44,194 nt of DNA, from IMG/VR virus record IMGVR_UViG_2541047949_000001; one strand, written 5' to 3'. Source of the DNA: a virus (taxonomy: Duplodnaviria > Heunggongvirae > Uroviricota > Caudoviricetes). Position numbers and translations under genes: made by a program. Below the pieces are notes generated by a model. It was not told where the DNA came from and ran no database searches. It saw only the letters and a list, made by a program, of their open reading frames with translations. Positions 10,069 through 19,975 of the stretch are shown in pieces. Positions within the stretch are counted from its first letter, which is position 1, and each line of letters begins with the position of its first letter.

Positions 10069-10722
10069 TCACCCAAACGTCTCTTCAGGCCATTGGCTGG
10101 CGATAACTTTCCCCACAACGGAACAACTCTCATTGCATGGGATCATTGGGTATTGTGGGTTTAGTGGCTGTAGAAACACCTGACCGCTATCCCTGATCAG
10201 TTTCTTGAAGGTAAATTCATCACCACCAAGTCTGGCTATGCAGAAATCGCCGGGCTCAACAGCTTGCTCAGGGTCAACCAGAATTAACATCCCGTCAGGA
10301 AAGCTGGGTTTGGAACCTGTTGGTGCGGTCATTGAGTTACCTTCAACCTCAAGCCAGAATGCAGAGTCACTGGCTTTTTTGGTTGTGCTTACCAATCTCT
10401 CCGCATCGCCTTTGGTAAAGGTTCTGAGTTCTGGAGAGAACATCCCAGCCTGAACATGAGAAAAAACAGGGTACTCATATTGTTTTTTAACTGGGGCCGA
10501 TGAGTATTCGCCAACAGGTGAAAATGTCCCGTCGTGGTTGAATGATATGTTATCAATACCAAGGTATTTAAACACCACACCAATATCACTAAGAGATGGA
10601 TGACGAGATCCGCGCAACCAGTGTCCAATCCCACCCTGCGTCATACCTAGCTCTTCGGCTAACTTCTCTTGAGTTATGCCGAGCTCTTTCATTCTGGATC
10701 TAGCCAGTTCATACCATTTCAT
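10069..10722 (-). CDS. cI: CI-type repressor (HTH plus LexA/S24-like autocleavage domain)
   Basis: N-terminal HTH ([23 protein letters not shown]), C-terminal S24 motifs (GNSM, FKKL); start taken at second ATG with AAGGA 7 nt upstream. Confidence 0.85.
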   Translation of the reverse strand: MKWYELARSRMKELGITQEKLAEELGMTQGGIGHWLRGSRHPSLSDIGVVFKYLGIDNISFNHDGTFSPVGEYSSAPVKKQYEYPVFSHVQAGMFSPELRTFTKGDAERLVSTTKKASDSAFWLEVEGNSMTAPTGSKPSFPDGMLILVDPEQAVEPGDFCIARLGGDEFTFKKLIRDSGQVFLQPLNPQYPMIPCNESCSVVGKVIASQWPEETFG

Positions 10723-10839
10723 TTTCATGTCCTTATTATTACGCTCTGTACTGGAACCATCCATGCACAATGTGTATTTTTACTTGTATTCGCAAAGTAC
10801 ATATTGTATTTTTTTATTCGTGTTTACTATGGAGGGCAT
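10723..10839. promoter_or_regulatory. OR / pRM-pR divergent promoter region
   Basis: 117-bp cI-cro intergenic region with repeated GTAC-arm elements (TGTACT 10747..10752; TTGTATTcgcaaAGTACA 10784..10801; AGTACatattGTATT 10796..10810). Confidence 0.5.
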
Positions 10840-11055
10840 ATGAGCAACCTACGAAAATATCGAGAGTCACTGAATATCTCTCAAACAACACTTGCTAAGG
10901 CAGTTGGATGCACACAGGGAGCTATCGGACATTGGGAATCTGGTCGTCGCTTCCCAGACCTTAAAACATGCCGTGCTCTTGTTGCGTGCCTAAACAAGTT
11001 AGGCGCAAAAGTCAGTCTTGATGACGTGTTCCCGCCGGAACACAAAGCCGCTTAA
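10840..11055 (+). CDS. cro: Cro-like repressor (XRE-family HTH)
   Basis: 71-aa ORF from ATG preceded by GGAGGG; HTH ISQTTLAKAVGCTQGAIGHWESG; divergent from cI. Confidence 0.8.
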   Translation: MSNLRKYRESLNISQTTLAKAVGCTQGAIGHWESGRRFPDLKTCRALVACLNKLGAKVSLDDVFPPEHKAA

Positions 11056-11065
11056 TAAGCGGATC

Positions 11066-11111
11066 CGCTCTTTGTAACAACGGACATTCGTCCTACGTCG
11101 CTGAAAAGCGA
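11066..11111 (+). promoter_or_regulatory. nutR (boxA CGCTCTTTG, 23-nt spacer, boxB UCGCUGAAAAGCGA)
   Basis: boxA consensus-like nonamer 11 nt after cro stop followed by a GAAA-loop hairpin. Confidence 0.55.
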
Positions 11112-11196
11112 GTTCCAAGATATCTGACCAACTAAGGCCATATGCGTTTCCACGCATACCTTTCAACTAACTATTCACTATTGGAAATCTTAAGAA

Positions 11197-11493
11197 ATGG
11201 AAAGAACAAGTTACAGCAAACTATCACAGCGTGACGTTGATCGCGCAGAAACAGATTTACTTATCAATCTGTCAGCTATTACCCAGCGCGGTCTGGCAAA
11301 GATGATTGGCTGTCATGAATCGAAGATAAGCAGAACGGACTGGAGATTTATTGCTTCGGTCTTGTGTGCTTTCGGAATGGCATCAGACATCAGTCCGATT
11401 AGCAGGGCTTTTAAGTATGCGCTTGATGGACTCACCAATAAAAAACGCCCGGCGGCAACCGAGCGTTCTGAACAAATCCAGATGGAATTCTGA
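11197..11493 (+). CDS. cII: CII transcriptional activator (chimeric: divergent N-terminus, lambda-identical C-terminus)
   Basis: 98 aa; HTH TQRGLAKMIGCHESKISR; last 21 residues LTNKKRPAATERSEQIQMEF as I recall lambda CII. Confidence 0.8.
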   Translation: MERTSYSKLSQRDVDRAETDLLINLSAITQRGLAKMIGCHESKISRTDWRFIASVLCAFGMASDISPISRAFKYALDGLTNKKRPAATERSEQIQMEF

Positions 11494-11525
11494 GGTCATT
11501 ACTGGATCAATCCACAGGAGTCATT

Positions 11526-12425
11526 ATGACAAATACAGCAAAAATACTCAACTTCTGCAGAGGTAACTTTGCCAAACAGGAGCGTAATGTGGCAGATCTC
11601 GATGATGGTTACGCCAGACTATCAAATATGCTGCTTGAGGCTTATTCAGGCGCAGATCTGACCAAGCGACAGTTTAAAGTGCTGCTTGCCATTCTGCGTA
11701 AAACCTATGGATGGAATAAACCAATGGACAGAATCACCGATTCTCAACTTAGCGAGATTACAAAGTTACCCGTCAAACGGTGCAATGAAGCCAAGTTAGA
11801 ACTCGTCAGAATGAATATTATCAAGCAGCAAGGCGGCATGTTTGGACCAAATAAAAACATCTCAGAATGGTGTATCCCTCAAAACGAGGGAAAATCCCCT
11901 AAAACGAGGGATAAAACATCCCTCAAATTGGGGGATTGCTATCCCTCAAAACAGGGGGACACAAAAGACACTATTACAAAAGAAAAAAGAAAAGATTATT
12001 CGTCAGAGAATTCTGGCGAATCCTCTGACCAGCCAGAAAACGACCTTTCTGTGGTGAAACCGGATGCTGCAATTCAGAGCGGCAGCAAGTGGGGGACAGC
12101 AGAAGACCTGACCGCCGCAGAATGGATGTTTGACATGGTGAAGACCATCGCGCCATCAGCCAGAAAACCGAATTTTGCAGGGTGGGCTAACGATATCCGC
12201 CTGATGCGTGAACGTGACGGACGTAACCATCGCGACATGTGTGTACTGTTCCGCTGGGCATGCCAGGACAACTTCTGGTCCGGTAACGTGCTGAGCCCGG
12301 CCAAACTCCGCGACAAGTGGACCCAGCTCGAAATCAACCGTAACAAGCAACAGGCAGGTGTGACAGCCTGCAAACCAAAACTCGACCTGACAAACACTGA
12401 CTGGATTTACGGGGTGGATTTATGA
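11526..12425 (+). CDS. O: Replication initiator O
   Basis: 299-aa ORF, lambda O-like (MTNTAKILNF...); contains ori iterons. Confidence 0.95.
   Translation: MTNTAKILNFCRGNFAKQERNVADLDDGYARLSNMLLEAYSGADLTKRQFKVLLAILRKTYGWNKPMDRITDSQLSEITKLPVKRCNEAKLELVRMNIIKQQGGMFGPNKNISEWCIPQNEGKSPKTRDKTSLKLGDCYPSKQGDTKDTITKEKRKDYSSENSGESSDQPENDLSVVKPDAAIQSGSKWGTAEDLTAAEWMFDMVKTIAPSARKPNFAGWANDIRLMRERDGRNHRDMCVLFRWACQDNFWSGNVLSPAKLRDKWTQLEINRNKQQAGVTACKPKLDLTNTDWIYGVDL
11873..12000. repeat. ori-lambda: four 18-19-bp iterons plus AT-rich region inside O
   Basis: ATCCCTCAAAACGAGGGA-type iterons at 11873, 11893, 11917 and 11940, then AT-rich 11959..12000. Confidence 0.85.
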
Positions 12426-13123
12426 AAAACATCGCCGCACAGATGGTTAATTTTGACCGTGAGCAGATGCGTCGGATCGCCAACAACATGCCGGAACAGT
12501 ACGACGAAAAGCCGCAGGTACAGCAGGTAGCGCAGATCATCAACGGTGTGTTCAGCCAGTTACTGGCAACTTTCCCGGCGAGTCTGGCTAACCGTGACCA
12601 GAACGAACTGAACGAAATCCGCCGCCAGTGGGTTCTGGCTTTCCGGGAAAACGGGATCACCACAATGGAACAGGTTAACGCAGGAATGCGCGTAGCCCGT
12701 CGGCAGAATCGACCATTTCTGCCATCACCCGGGCAGTTTGTTGCATGGTGCCGGGAAGAAGCATCCGTTATCGCCGGACTGCCAAACGTCAGCGAGCTGG
12801 TTGATATGGTTTACGAGTATTGCCGGAAGCGAGGCCTGTATCCGGATGCAGAGTCTTATCCGTGGAAATCGAACGCGCACTACTGGCTGGTTACCAACCT
12901 GTACCAGAACATGCGGGCCAATGCGCTGACTGACGCGGAATTACGACGCAAGGCTGCCGATGAACTGACCTGTATGACAGCGCGAATTAACCGTGGTGAG
13001 ACGATACCTGAACCAGTAAAACAACTTCCTGTCATGGGCGGCAGACCTCTAAATCGTGTTCAGGCGCTGGCGAAGATCGCAGAAATTAAAGCTAAGTTAG
13101 GACTGAAAGGAGCAAGTGTATGA
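12422..13123 (+). CDS. P: Replication protein P (DnaB helicase loader)
   Basis: 233-aa ORF, lambda P-like; start overlaps O stop. Confidence 0.95.
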   Translation: MKNIAAQMVNFDREQMRRIANNMPEQYDEKPQVQQVAQIINGVFSQLLATFPASLANRDQNELNEIRRQWVLAFRENGITTMEQVNAGMRVARRQNRPFLPSPGQFVAWCREEASVIAGLPNVSELVDMVYEYCRKRGLYPDAESYPWKSNAHYWLVTNLYQNMRANALTDAELRRKAADELTCMTARINRGETIPEPVKQLPVMGGRPLNRVQALAKIAEIKAKLGLKGASV

Positions 13124-13410
13124 CGGGCAAAGAGGCAATTATTCATTACCTGGGGACGCATAATAGCTTCTGTGCGCCGGACGTTGCCGCGCTAACAGGC
13201 GCAACAGTAACCAGCATAAATCAGGCCGCGGCTAAAATGGCACGGGCAGGTCTTCTGGTTATCGAAGGTAAGGTCTGGCGAACGGTGTATTACCGGTTTG
13301 CTACCAAGGAAGAACGGGAAGGAAAGATGAGCACGAACCTGATTTTTAAGGAGTGTCGCCAGAGTGCCACGATGAAACGGATATTGGCGGTATATGGAGT
13401 TAAAAGATGA
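13120..13410 (+). CDS. ren: Ren
   Basis: 96-aa ORF, lambda Ren-like, overlapping P stop. Confidence 0.9.
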   Translation: MTGKEAIIHYLGTHNSFCAPDVAALTGATVTSINQAAAKMARAGLLVIEGKVWRTVYYRFATKEEREGKMSTNLIFKECRQSATMKRILAVYGVKR

Positions 13411-13434
13411 CCATCTACATCACTGAGCTAATAA

Positions 13435-13466
13435 CAGGCCTGCAGGTAATCGCAGGCCTTTTTATT
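13435..13466 (+). terminator. tR2-like rho-independent terminator
   Basis: Hairpin CAGGCCTGCaggtaatcGCAGGCCTG followed by TTTTTATTT between ren and ninB. Confidence 0.7.
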
Positions 13467-13483
13467 TGGGGGAGAGGGAAGTC

Positions 13484-13924
13484 ATGAAAAAACTAACCTT
13501 TGAAATTCGATCTCCGGCACATCAGCAAAACGCTATTCACGCAGTACAGCAAATCCTTCCAGACCCAACCAAACCAATCGTAGTAACCATTCAGGAACGC
13601 AACCGCAGCTTAGACCAAAACAGGAAGCTATGGGCCTGCTTAGGTGACGTCTCTCGTCAGGTTGAATGGCATGGTCGCTGGCTGGATGCAGAAAGCTGGA
13701 AGTGTGTGTTTACCGCAGCATTAAAGCAGCAGGATGTTGTTCCTAACCTTGCCGGGAATGGCTTTGTGGTAATAGGCCAGTCAACCAGCAGGATGCGTGT
13801 AAGCGAATTTGCGGAGCTATTAGAGCTTATACAGGCATTCGGTACAGAGCGTGGCGTTAAGTGGTCAGACGAAGCGCGACTGGCTCTCGAATGGAAAGCG
13901 CGATGGGGAGATCGGGCTGCATGA
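13484..13924 (+). CDS. ninB: NinB (Orf recombination mediator)
   Basis: 146 aa from MKKLTFEIRSP..., lambda NinB-like. Confidence 0.9.
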   Translation: MKKLTFEIRSPAHQQNAIHAVQQILPDPTKPIVVTIQERNRSLDQNRKLWACLGDVSRQVEWHGRWLDAESWKCVFTAALKQQDVVPNLAGNGFVVIGQSTSRMRVSEFAELLELIQAFGTERGVKWSDEARLALEWKARWGDRAA

Positions 13925-14448
13925 CTATCAAATCAAATACGCCAGCACACGACAAGGACTGCTGGCAAACGCCGCTTTGGCTTTTTGATGCACTGGATAT
14001 TGAGTTTGGATTCTGGCTGGATTCGGCAGCGAGCGACAAAAATGCTCTGTGCGCTCACTGGCTAACTGAGGACGACGACGCGCTCAATTCTGAGTGGGTA
14101 AGCCACGGTGCAATCTGGAATAACCCACCGTACAGCAATATCAGGCCGTGGGTGGAAAAAGCCGCTGAGCAGTGTATACAACAGCGACAGACGGTAGTGA
14201 TGCTTGTGCCAGAGGATATGTCTGTCGGATGGTTCAGCAAGGCTCTGGAGAGTGTTGACGAAGTTCGTATTATCACTGATGGACGGATTAATTTTATCGA
14301 ACCATCGACAGGGCTGGAGAAGAAGGGAAACAGCAAAGGCTCCATGCTGCTGATTTGGCGACCGTTCATCAGTCCTCGACGGATGTTTACTACCGTATCC
14401 AAAGCGGCATTGATGGCGATCGGGCAGGGCGTCAGGAGGGCTGCATGA
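13921..14448 (+). CDS. Phage DNA N6-adenine methyltransferase (Dam-like)
   Basis: 175 aa with NPPY motif ([10 protein letters not shown]); start overlaps ninB stop (ATGA). Confidence 0.8.
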   Translation: MTIKSNTPAHDKDCWQTPLWLFDALDIEFGFWLDSAASDKNALCAHWLTEDDDALNSEWVSHGAIWNNPPYSNIRPWVEKAAEQCIQQRQTVVMLVPEDMSVGWFSKALESVDEVRIITDGRINFIEPSTGLEKKGNSKGSMLLIWRPFISPRRMFTTVSKAALMAIGQGVRRAA

Positions 14449-14621
14449 GACGACAGCGACGAAGCATCACCGACATAATCTGCGAAAACTGCAAATACCT
14501 TCCAACGAAACGCTCCAGAAATAAACTCAAGCTAATCCCAAAAGAATCTGACGTAAAAACCTTCAATTACACAGCCCACCTGTGGGATATCCGGTGGCTA
14601 AGATATCGTGCGAGGAAATGA
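14445..14621 (+). CDS. ninE: NinE
   Basis: 58 aa [27 protein letters not shown]..., lambda/DLP12 NinE-like. Confidence 0.8.
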   Translation: MRRQRRSITDIICENCKYLPTKRSRNKLKLIPKESDVKTFNYTAHLWDIRWLRYRARK

Positions 14622-14965
14622 CAATGGATTATTCACAGTTAAGTGATTTTGAAATTAACAGAATGGTAGGAGACATAATTTTTAAAGGCCTTTGGGCAAG
14701 TAAACCGGAAACATCAGGGAATAACACCAACAAATGGTATTACGGAAATGCTGATACAACTTTTGAGCCATTAAATCATTTGCCTGACTACTGCAATGAT
14801 CCGAGCGCTTCATGGCCGATTATTGAGAAATACAGGATTTCTATCTTAGACCAGTTAACTGAATGGTGTGTGGATGCAAAAGGCGTAAGCCCAATATTTG
14901 ATACCAGACCTCTCCGCGCCGCCATGATTGTCTTTCTCCTGATGCAGGAGGCCAATAATGCTTAG
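14618..14965 (+). CDS. Hypothetical nin-region protein
   Basis: 115-aa ORF overlapping ninE stop; no family confidently recognised. Confidence 0.5.
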   Translation: MTMDYSQLSDFEINRMVGDIIFKGLWASKPETSGNNTNKWYYGNADTTFEPLNHLPDYCNDPSASWPIIEKYRISILDQLTEWCVDAKGVSPIFDTRPLRAAMIVFLLMQEANNA

Positions 14966-15175
14966 CCCATCTCAATCCCTTCAATACCTGAAAGAAAGCA
15001 TAGAGCGGGCTTCAATGTGCACAGAGTGGATTCTATCTAGGTTTAGCGCATACAGAAGATTGCCGGTAAAGGGCATGCCAAGCAAGTCGATGCTGCATAT
15101 GCAAAAGAATGCGCGCTGGAAGGTATGGCGAGAACACAGGTTATGTGGCTGAAAGAGGGGGTTATTAAGGCGTGA
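14958..15175 (+). pseudogene. Chimeric ninF-like 5' segment joined out of frame to a ybcO-like 3' segment
   Basis: Frame 0 opens with [10 protein letters not shown] (NinF-like) then diverges; frame 2 from 15047 encodes ...[29 protein letters not shown], overlapping rusA start by 4 nt as ybcO does in DLP12. Confidence 0.4.
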
Positions 15176-15534
15176 ATACCTACAGCATCACATTACCCTG
15201 GCCTCCGAGCAATAATCGCTATTACCGCCATAATCGCGGGCGCACGCACGTCAGCGCAGAGGGGCAGGCATACCGCGATAACGTCGCCCGAATCATTAAA
15301 AACGCAATGCTGGATATCGGCCTGGCTATGCCTGTGAAAATCCGCATTGAGTGCCACATGCCGGATCGCCGTCGCCGTGACCTGGATAATCTGCAAAAAG
15401 CCGCTTTTGACGCACTCACTAAAGCAGGTTTCTGGCTGGATGATGCTCAGGTCGTTGATTACCGCGTTGTGAAGATGCCTGTTACCAAAGGTGGGAGGCT
15501 GGAACTGACCATCACCGAAATGGGGAATGAATGA
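15172..15534 (+). CDS. rusA: Holliday-junction resolvase RusA
   Basis: 120 aa, GTG start, sequence as I recall DLP12 RusA ([23 protein letters not shown]...). Confidence 0.95.
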   Translation: MNTYSITLPWPPSNNRYYRHNRGRTHVSAEGQAYRDNVARIIKNAMLDIGLAMPVKIRIECHMPDRRRRDLDNLQKAAFDALTKAGFWLDDAQVVDYRVVKMPVTKGGRLELTITEMGNE

Positions 15535-15671
15535 TGTTTGAGTTTAATATGGCAGAACTTCTTCGCCACCGCTGGGGGCGTCTGCGCTTATATCGTTTCC
15601 TCGGTTCTGTTTTGACCGATTACCGAATACTGAAGAATTACGCCAAAACCCTGACAGGAACAGGAGTATGA
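15531..15671 (+). CDS. ylcG: YlcG-like small protein
   Basis: Manual translation: 46 aa [46 protein letters not shown], overlapping rusA stop. Confidence 0.6.
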   Translation: MMFEFNMAELLRHRWGRLRLYRFLGSVLTDYRILKNYAKTLTGTGV

Positions 15672-15756
15672 AGTCAGAGATAACAATCAACTAATACTGT
15701 TTTGTTGATTTTTGCTTGTAATTGGCGTTCTGGTCTGATTTTTGTGGAGTAAGTTG

Positions 15757-16140
15757 ATGCGTGATATTCAGATGGTTCTTGAGCGTTGGGGTGCGTGGGC
15801 GGCTAATAATCATGAAGATGTGACCTGGTCGTCCATTGCCGCCGGTTTTAAGGGATTAATTCCTTCAAAAGTAAAATCTCGCCCGCAATGTTGTGACGAT
15901 GACGCGATGATCATTTGCGGGTGCATGGCCCGTCTGAAAAAGAACAACAGCGATTTACACGATTTATTAGTAGATTATTATGTATGTGGTATGACATTCA
16001 TGTCACTGGCAAGTAAGCATTGCTGCTCGGATGGTTATATCGGGAAAAGGTTACAGAAGGCTGAGGGCATAATTGAAGGGATGTTAATGGCATTAGATAT
16101 CCGGTTAGATATGGATATCGTTGCTAATAATTCTAATTGA
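15757..16140 (+). CDS. Q: Late-gene antiterminator Q (phage 82/DLP12 QuuD type)
   Basis: 127 aa from [27 protein letters not shown]... (ORF track start is an upstream TTG). Confidence 0.85.
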   Translation: MRDIQMVLERWGAWAANNHEDVTWSSIAAGFKGLIPSKVKSRPQCCDDDAMIICGCMARLKKNNSDLHDLLVDYYVCGMTFMSLASKHCCSDGYIGKRLQKAEGIIEGMLMALDIRLDMDIVANNSN

Positions 16141-16172
16141 TATGCAATTGTTTACTAAAAGTTATTAAAAAT

Positions 16173-16318
16173 GGGGCGTGGAAACGCCCCCAAAATAAAG
16201 GGTAATATATAACAGAAGGTTTATATAGTAAGAAGCAAGGTAGTGCTTCTAAAGGAAGTGGCTTGAGGGCTCCACTTATATGTTGCGGAGGCAAAGCCTC
16301 CCGCAACATATCTTTTTC
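16173..16318 (+). promoter_or_regulatory. Candidate pR'/qut region with tR'-like terminator
   Basis: Hairpin GGGGCGtggaaaCGCCCC (16173..16190), AT-rich TATATA-containing stretch, then hairpin ATGTTGCGGAGGCaaaGCCTCCCGCAACAT plus TCTTTTTC (16280..16318). Confidence 0.45.
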
Positions 16319-16328
16319 GTAAGTCAGA

Positions 16329-17411
16329 TTAGAACTGATAAACCAGACCTACAGCGACGATGTCGTCGGTATCAATACCAGCTGTTTTGGTAAACTTACT
16401 ATCGTCAATTAAGTTGATTTTGTAATCAACAAAAGTGGACATGTTTTTATTAAAGTAGTAAGTAGCACCGACATCGACATACTTGACTAAGTCTCGGTCA
16501 CCATGAACACCAAGGTCTTTACCTTTTGACTGAAGGTAAGCAACAGATGGACGCAGACCGAAGTCAAACTGATATTGTGCTACTGCTTCAAAGTTTTGTG
16601 CTTTGTTTGCAATATGGTTATTACCAAAAACGGTCATATTCTGAGTTTCAGAATATGTGGTAGCCAGATAGATATTGTTCGCATCATATTTCAGGCCTGC
16701 AGCCCATACTTCCGCATTTTTGCCGGAGGCATTGAATTTGCTCTTACCATAGGCGACCTGACCGTCAGTGCGATCTGATTTAGCATAGGTTGCACCCACG
16801 CCGAATCCTTCATACTCATAAGTAGTGGAGAAACCGAAACCATCACCATTGGCTTCAGTTACGTCAGTGCGGTCATTTTTACCCTGATACTGAGCAGCAA
16901 AGTTCAGGCCATCGACCAGACCAAAGAAGTCGTTGTTACGATAAGTTGCAACACCAGTAGTGCGACCAGTCATGAACACATCTGTTTGGGTCCAGGTATC
17001 ACCACCGAATTCTGGCAGAACGTCAGTCCACGCACCGATGTCGTATGCTACACCGTAGTTACGGCCGTAATCGATTGAGCCGTAATCACCAAATTTCAGG
17101 CCTGCAAATGCAAGACGGGTTTTGTCTTTGGAAGAACCTTGAGATTCAGCACGGTTGCCTTTGAATTCATATTCCCACTGACCGAAACCAGTCAGTTGAT
17201 CGTTGATTTGGGTTTCACCTTTGAAGCCAAGACGGGCATAAGTAGTATCACCATCATCTGCATCATTAGAGGAGAAGTAGTGCTTGGCATTAACTTTCCC
17301 GTATAGATCCAGCTTGTTACTGTCTTTATTATAAATTTCAGCTGCCTGAGCAGACATCGCCATCAGTACTGATGCAGCTACAGCAGAAATTGCCACTGTT
17401 AATTTTTTCAT
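16329..17411 (-). CDS. nmpC: Outer-membrane porin NmpC/Lc (OmpC family), apparently intact
   Basis: Signal peptide [23 protein letters not shown]; beta-barrel porin ending ...VAVGLVYQF. Confidence 0.9.
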   Translation of the reverse strand: MKKLTVAISAVAASVLMAMSAQAAEIYNKDSNKLDLYGKVNAKHYFSSNDADDGDTTYARLGFKGETQINDQLTGFGQWEYEFKGNRAESQGSSKDKTRLAFAGLKFGDYGSIDYGRNYGVAYDIGAWTDVLPEFGGDTWTQTDVFMTGRTTGVATYRNNDFFGLVDGLNFAAQYQGKNDRTDVTEANGDGFGFSTTYEYEGFGVGATYAKSDRTDGQVAYGKSKFNASGKNAEVWAAGLKYDANNIYLATTYSETQNMTVFGNNHIANKAQNFEAVAQYQFDFGLRPSVAYLQSKGKDLGVHGDRDLVKYVDVGATYYFNKNMSTFVDYKINLIDDSKFTKTAGIDTDDIVAVGLVYQF

Positions 17412-17837
17412 TGTACGCCCTTTTTTTGAACTATTATTAAAAAATGATGTCACTGCGCGATAAATATTCATCTAATCAATGTGATTATTTCAAGATGTAA
17501 GTTTTAGTTTCTCATTTAATTTGTGAAGTAGATCTCTATTTTTATCTGAACCTTTTCTATCTAATCCTATTCATGGCTCTTGTCTGAACAAAAATAAATC
17601 TATTAGCTAATTTATATTAATGGCACTTATTTATAAGTGCTCTATAATTCTTTAGCTTAATTTAAACAAACTAAAAATAACATTGGAAATTATTAACTGG
17701 TTATTTGTTGAAGTTTTCTTATGCATTTGTGGTGGTGTTTTGAACACTCGGTGGCATTCTCACAAATATCATTTAGTAGTTTACGTACGTAAAAAATTGG
17801 TTATGCTGTTAAGAGTGGTTACTTCGTCACACAGCTT

Positions 17838-17861
17838 AAACCCGCCGTCGAGCGGGTTTTT
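17838..17861 (+). terminator. Rho-independent terminator upstream of lysis genes
   Basis: Hairpin AAACCCGCcgtcgaGCGGGTTT followed by TTCCATTTTTT. Confidence 0.55.
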
Positions 17862-17999
17862 CCATTTTTTGAGTCTCGATATTAGCTGATAACCCAATAC
17901 CTGAGTTATTCACTGACTCCGAATCTGTTACGTTTCTGCCTTTATTGCGATACGTAGTATCCCCTTAATTTACACCCGCTTTGTCTGCGAGGTGGGGTT

Positions 18000-18215
18000 A
18001 TGAAATCCATGGATAAGTTAACAACGGGTGTCGCCTATGGTACCTCAGCAGGTAGTGCCGGGTACTGGTTTTTACAGTTGCTCGATAAAGTCACGCCCTC
18101 ACAGTGGGCGGCAATAGGTGTGCTGGGTAGCCTGGTATTTGGCCTGCTGACGTACCTGACAAACCTTTATTTCAAGATTAAAGAAGATAAGCGCAAGGCT
18201 GCGAGAGGTGAATAA
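18000..18215 (+). CDS. essD: Holin (phage 21 S / EssD type)
   Basis: 71-aa small membrane protein with charged C-terminus, first gene of lysis cassette. Confidence 0.85.
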
Positions 18216-18712
18216 TGCCTCCATCATTACGAAAAGCCGTTGCTGCTGCTATTGGTGGCGGAGCAATTGCTATAGCATCAGTGTTAATCACTGGCCCAAG
18301 TGGTAACGATGGTCTGGAAGGTGTCAGCTACATACCATACAAAGATATTGTTGGTGTATGGACTGTATGTCACGGGCATACAGGAAAAGACATCATGCTC
18401 GGTAAAACGTATACCAAAGCAGAATGCAAAGCCCTCCTGAATAAAGACCTTGCCACGGTCGCCAGACAAATTAACCCGTACATCAAAGTCGATATACCGG
18501 AAACAATGCGCGGCGCTCTTTACTCATTCGTTTACAACGTGGGTGCTGGCAATTTCAGAACATCGACGCTTCTTCGCAAAATAAACCAGGGCGATATCAA
18601 AGGCGCATGTGATCAGCTACGTCGCTGGACATATGCTGGCGGTAAGCAATGGAAAGGTCTCATGACTCGTCGTGAGATTGAGCGTGAAATCTGTTTGTGG
18701 GGTCAGCAATGA
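18215..18712 (+). CDS. rrrD: SAR-endolysin (lysozyme, phage 21 R / RrrD type)
   Basis: 165 aa; N-terminal Gly/Ala-rich signal-anchor-release segment; start overlaps holin stop. Confidence 0.9.
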   Translation: MPPSLRKAVAAAIGGGAIAIASVLITGPSGNDGLEGVSYIPYKDIVGVWTVCHGHTGKDIMLGKTYTKAECKALLNKDLATVARQINPYIKVDIPETMRGALYSFVYNVGAGNFRTSTLLRKINQGDIKGACDQLRRWTYAGGKQWKGLMTRREIEREICLWGQQ

Positions 18713-19170
18713 ACAGAGTAACCGCGATTATCTCCGCTCTGGTTATCTGCATCATCGTCTGCCTGTCATGGGCTGTTAATCATTACCGTGATAACGCCAT
18801 TACCTACAAAGCCCAGCGCGACAAAAATGCCAGAGAACTGACGCTGGCGAACGCGGTAATTACTGACATACAGATGCGTCAGCGTGATGTTGCTGCGCTC
18901 GATGCAAAATACACGAAGGAGTTAGCTGATGCGAAAGCTGAAAATGATGCTCTGCGTGATGATGTTGCCGCTGGTCGTCGTCGGTTGCACATCAAAGCAG
19001 TCTGTCAGTCAGTGCGTGAAGCCACCACCGCCTCCGGCGTGGATAATGCAGCCTCCCCCCGACTGGCAGACACCGCTGAACGGGATTATTTCACCCTCAG
19101 AGAGAGGCTGATCACTATGCAAAAACAACTGGAAGGAACCCAGAAGTATATTAATGAGCAGTGCAGATAG
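18709..19170 (+). CDS. rzpD: Spanin inner-membrane subunit Rz
   Basis: From [17 protein letters not shown]..., lambda Rz-like; start overlaps endolysin stop (ATGA). Confidence 0.85.
   Translation: MNRVTAIISALVICIIVCLSWAVNHYRDNAITYKAQRDKNARELTLANAVITDIQMRQRDVAALDAKYTKELADAKAENDALRDDVAAGRRRLHIKAVCQSVREATTASGVDNAASPRLADTAERDYFTLRERLITMQKQLEGTQKYINEQCR
18929..19111 (+). CDS. rzoD: Spanin outer-membrane lipoprotein Rz1 (embedded in Rz, +1 frame)
   Basis: 60 aa with lipobox LVVVGC and proline-rich segment, nested inside Rz. Confidence 0.75.
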   Translation: MRKLKMMLCVMMLPLVVVGCTSKQSVSQCVKPPPPPAWIMQPPPDWQTPLNGIISPSERG

Positions 19171-19201
19171 AGCTGCCCATATCGATGGGCAACTCATGCA
19201 A

Positions 19202-19495
19202 TTATTGTGAGCAATACACACGCGCTTCCAGCGGAGTATAAATGCCTAAAGTAATAAAACCGAGCAATCCATTTACGAATGTTTGCTGGGTTTCTGTTTT
19301 AACAACATTTTCTGCACCACCACAAATTTTTGCTGCATCGACAGTTTTCTTCTGCCCAATTCCCGAAACGAAGAAATGATGGGTGATGGTTTCCTTTGGT
19401 GTTACTGCTGTAGGTTTGTTTCCAACAGTAAACGTCTGTTGAGCACATCCTGTAATAAGCATTGCCAGAGCGGCAGAAAACAACATTTTTTTCAT
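19202..19495 (-). CDS. bor: Bor lipoprotein (serum-resistance)
   Basis: 97 aa from MKKMLFSAALAMLITGC...; lambda Bor-like. Confidence 0.85.
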   Translation of the reverse strand: MKKMLFSAALAMLITGCAQQTFTVGNKPTAVTPKETITHHFFVSGIGQKKTVDAAKICGGAENVVKTETQQTFVNGLLGFITLGIYTPLEARVYCSQ

Positions 19496-19975
19496 CTTAT
19501 TATCCTGCATTGTTAAAAACGGCAGAATCCTATGTGACAACAATTAAACGATAGTTAAATGGATTGATGAAAATTAAAACTACACAGGTGGGCTCAGACT
19601 ATTGGAGGAAGTTGGGGACACTCAGAATCCTGTGGAATGAAATAAACCGGTCTATCCGTCCATTACCCTTTTAGCTGCGCTGTATCGTCGCCGTATTCCC
19701 GCATTAACCATGACCGTAGCCCGACGGGGAATTCCTTCTGCGTGAGTGTGCGGGAATAATTAAAAACGATGCACACCGGGTTTTTACCGCGTTAATGATT
19801 CGCGGGTTTATCCCGGTGCGATGGTGGAAGAAACAGGAAGCTGTATTACAGAAAGTGCTACTACTGTATCCCGATGCGATGTATGTAATGTGAGTCAGAT
19901 AATGGCACAGGATGTGGTGATGTGGCAGTCTGGAACACAGGATATATTGTCAGAATAAGACCCGTAGGAATAAAA

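Noticed and set aside
16173-16190. Hairpin GGGGCGtggaaaCGCCCC as a plus-strand terminator just after Q
   Set aside because: Not followed by a T-run on the plus strand (the T-run is on the minus strand), so I treat it as part of the pR'/qut region or a minus-strand terminator rather than tR'.
17683-17889. 68-aa ORF in the AT-rich region between nmpC and the holin gene
   Set aside because: Lies in a promoter/terminator region (terminator hairpin at 17838..17861) with AT-rich low-complexity codons; more likely regulatory DNA.
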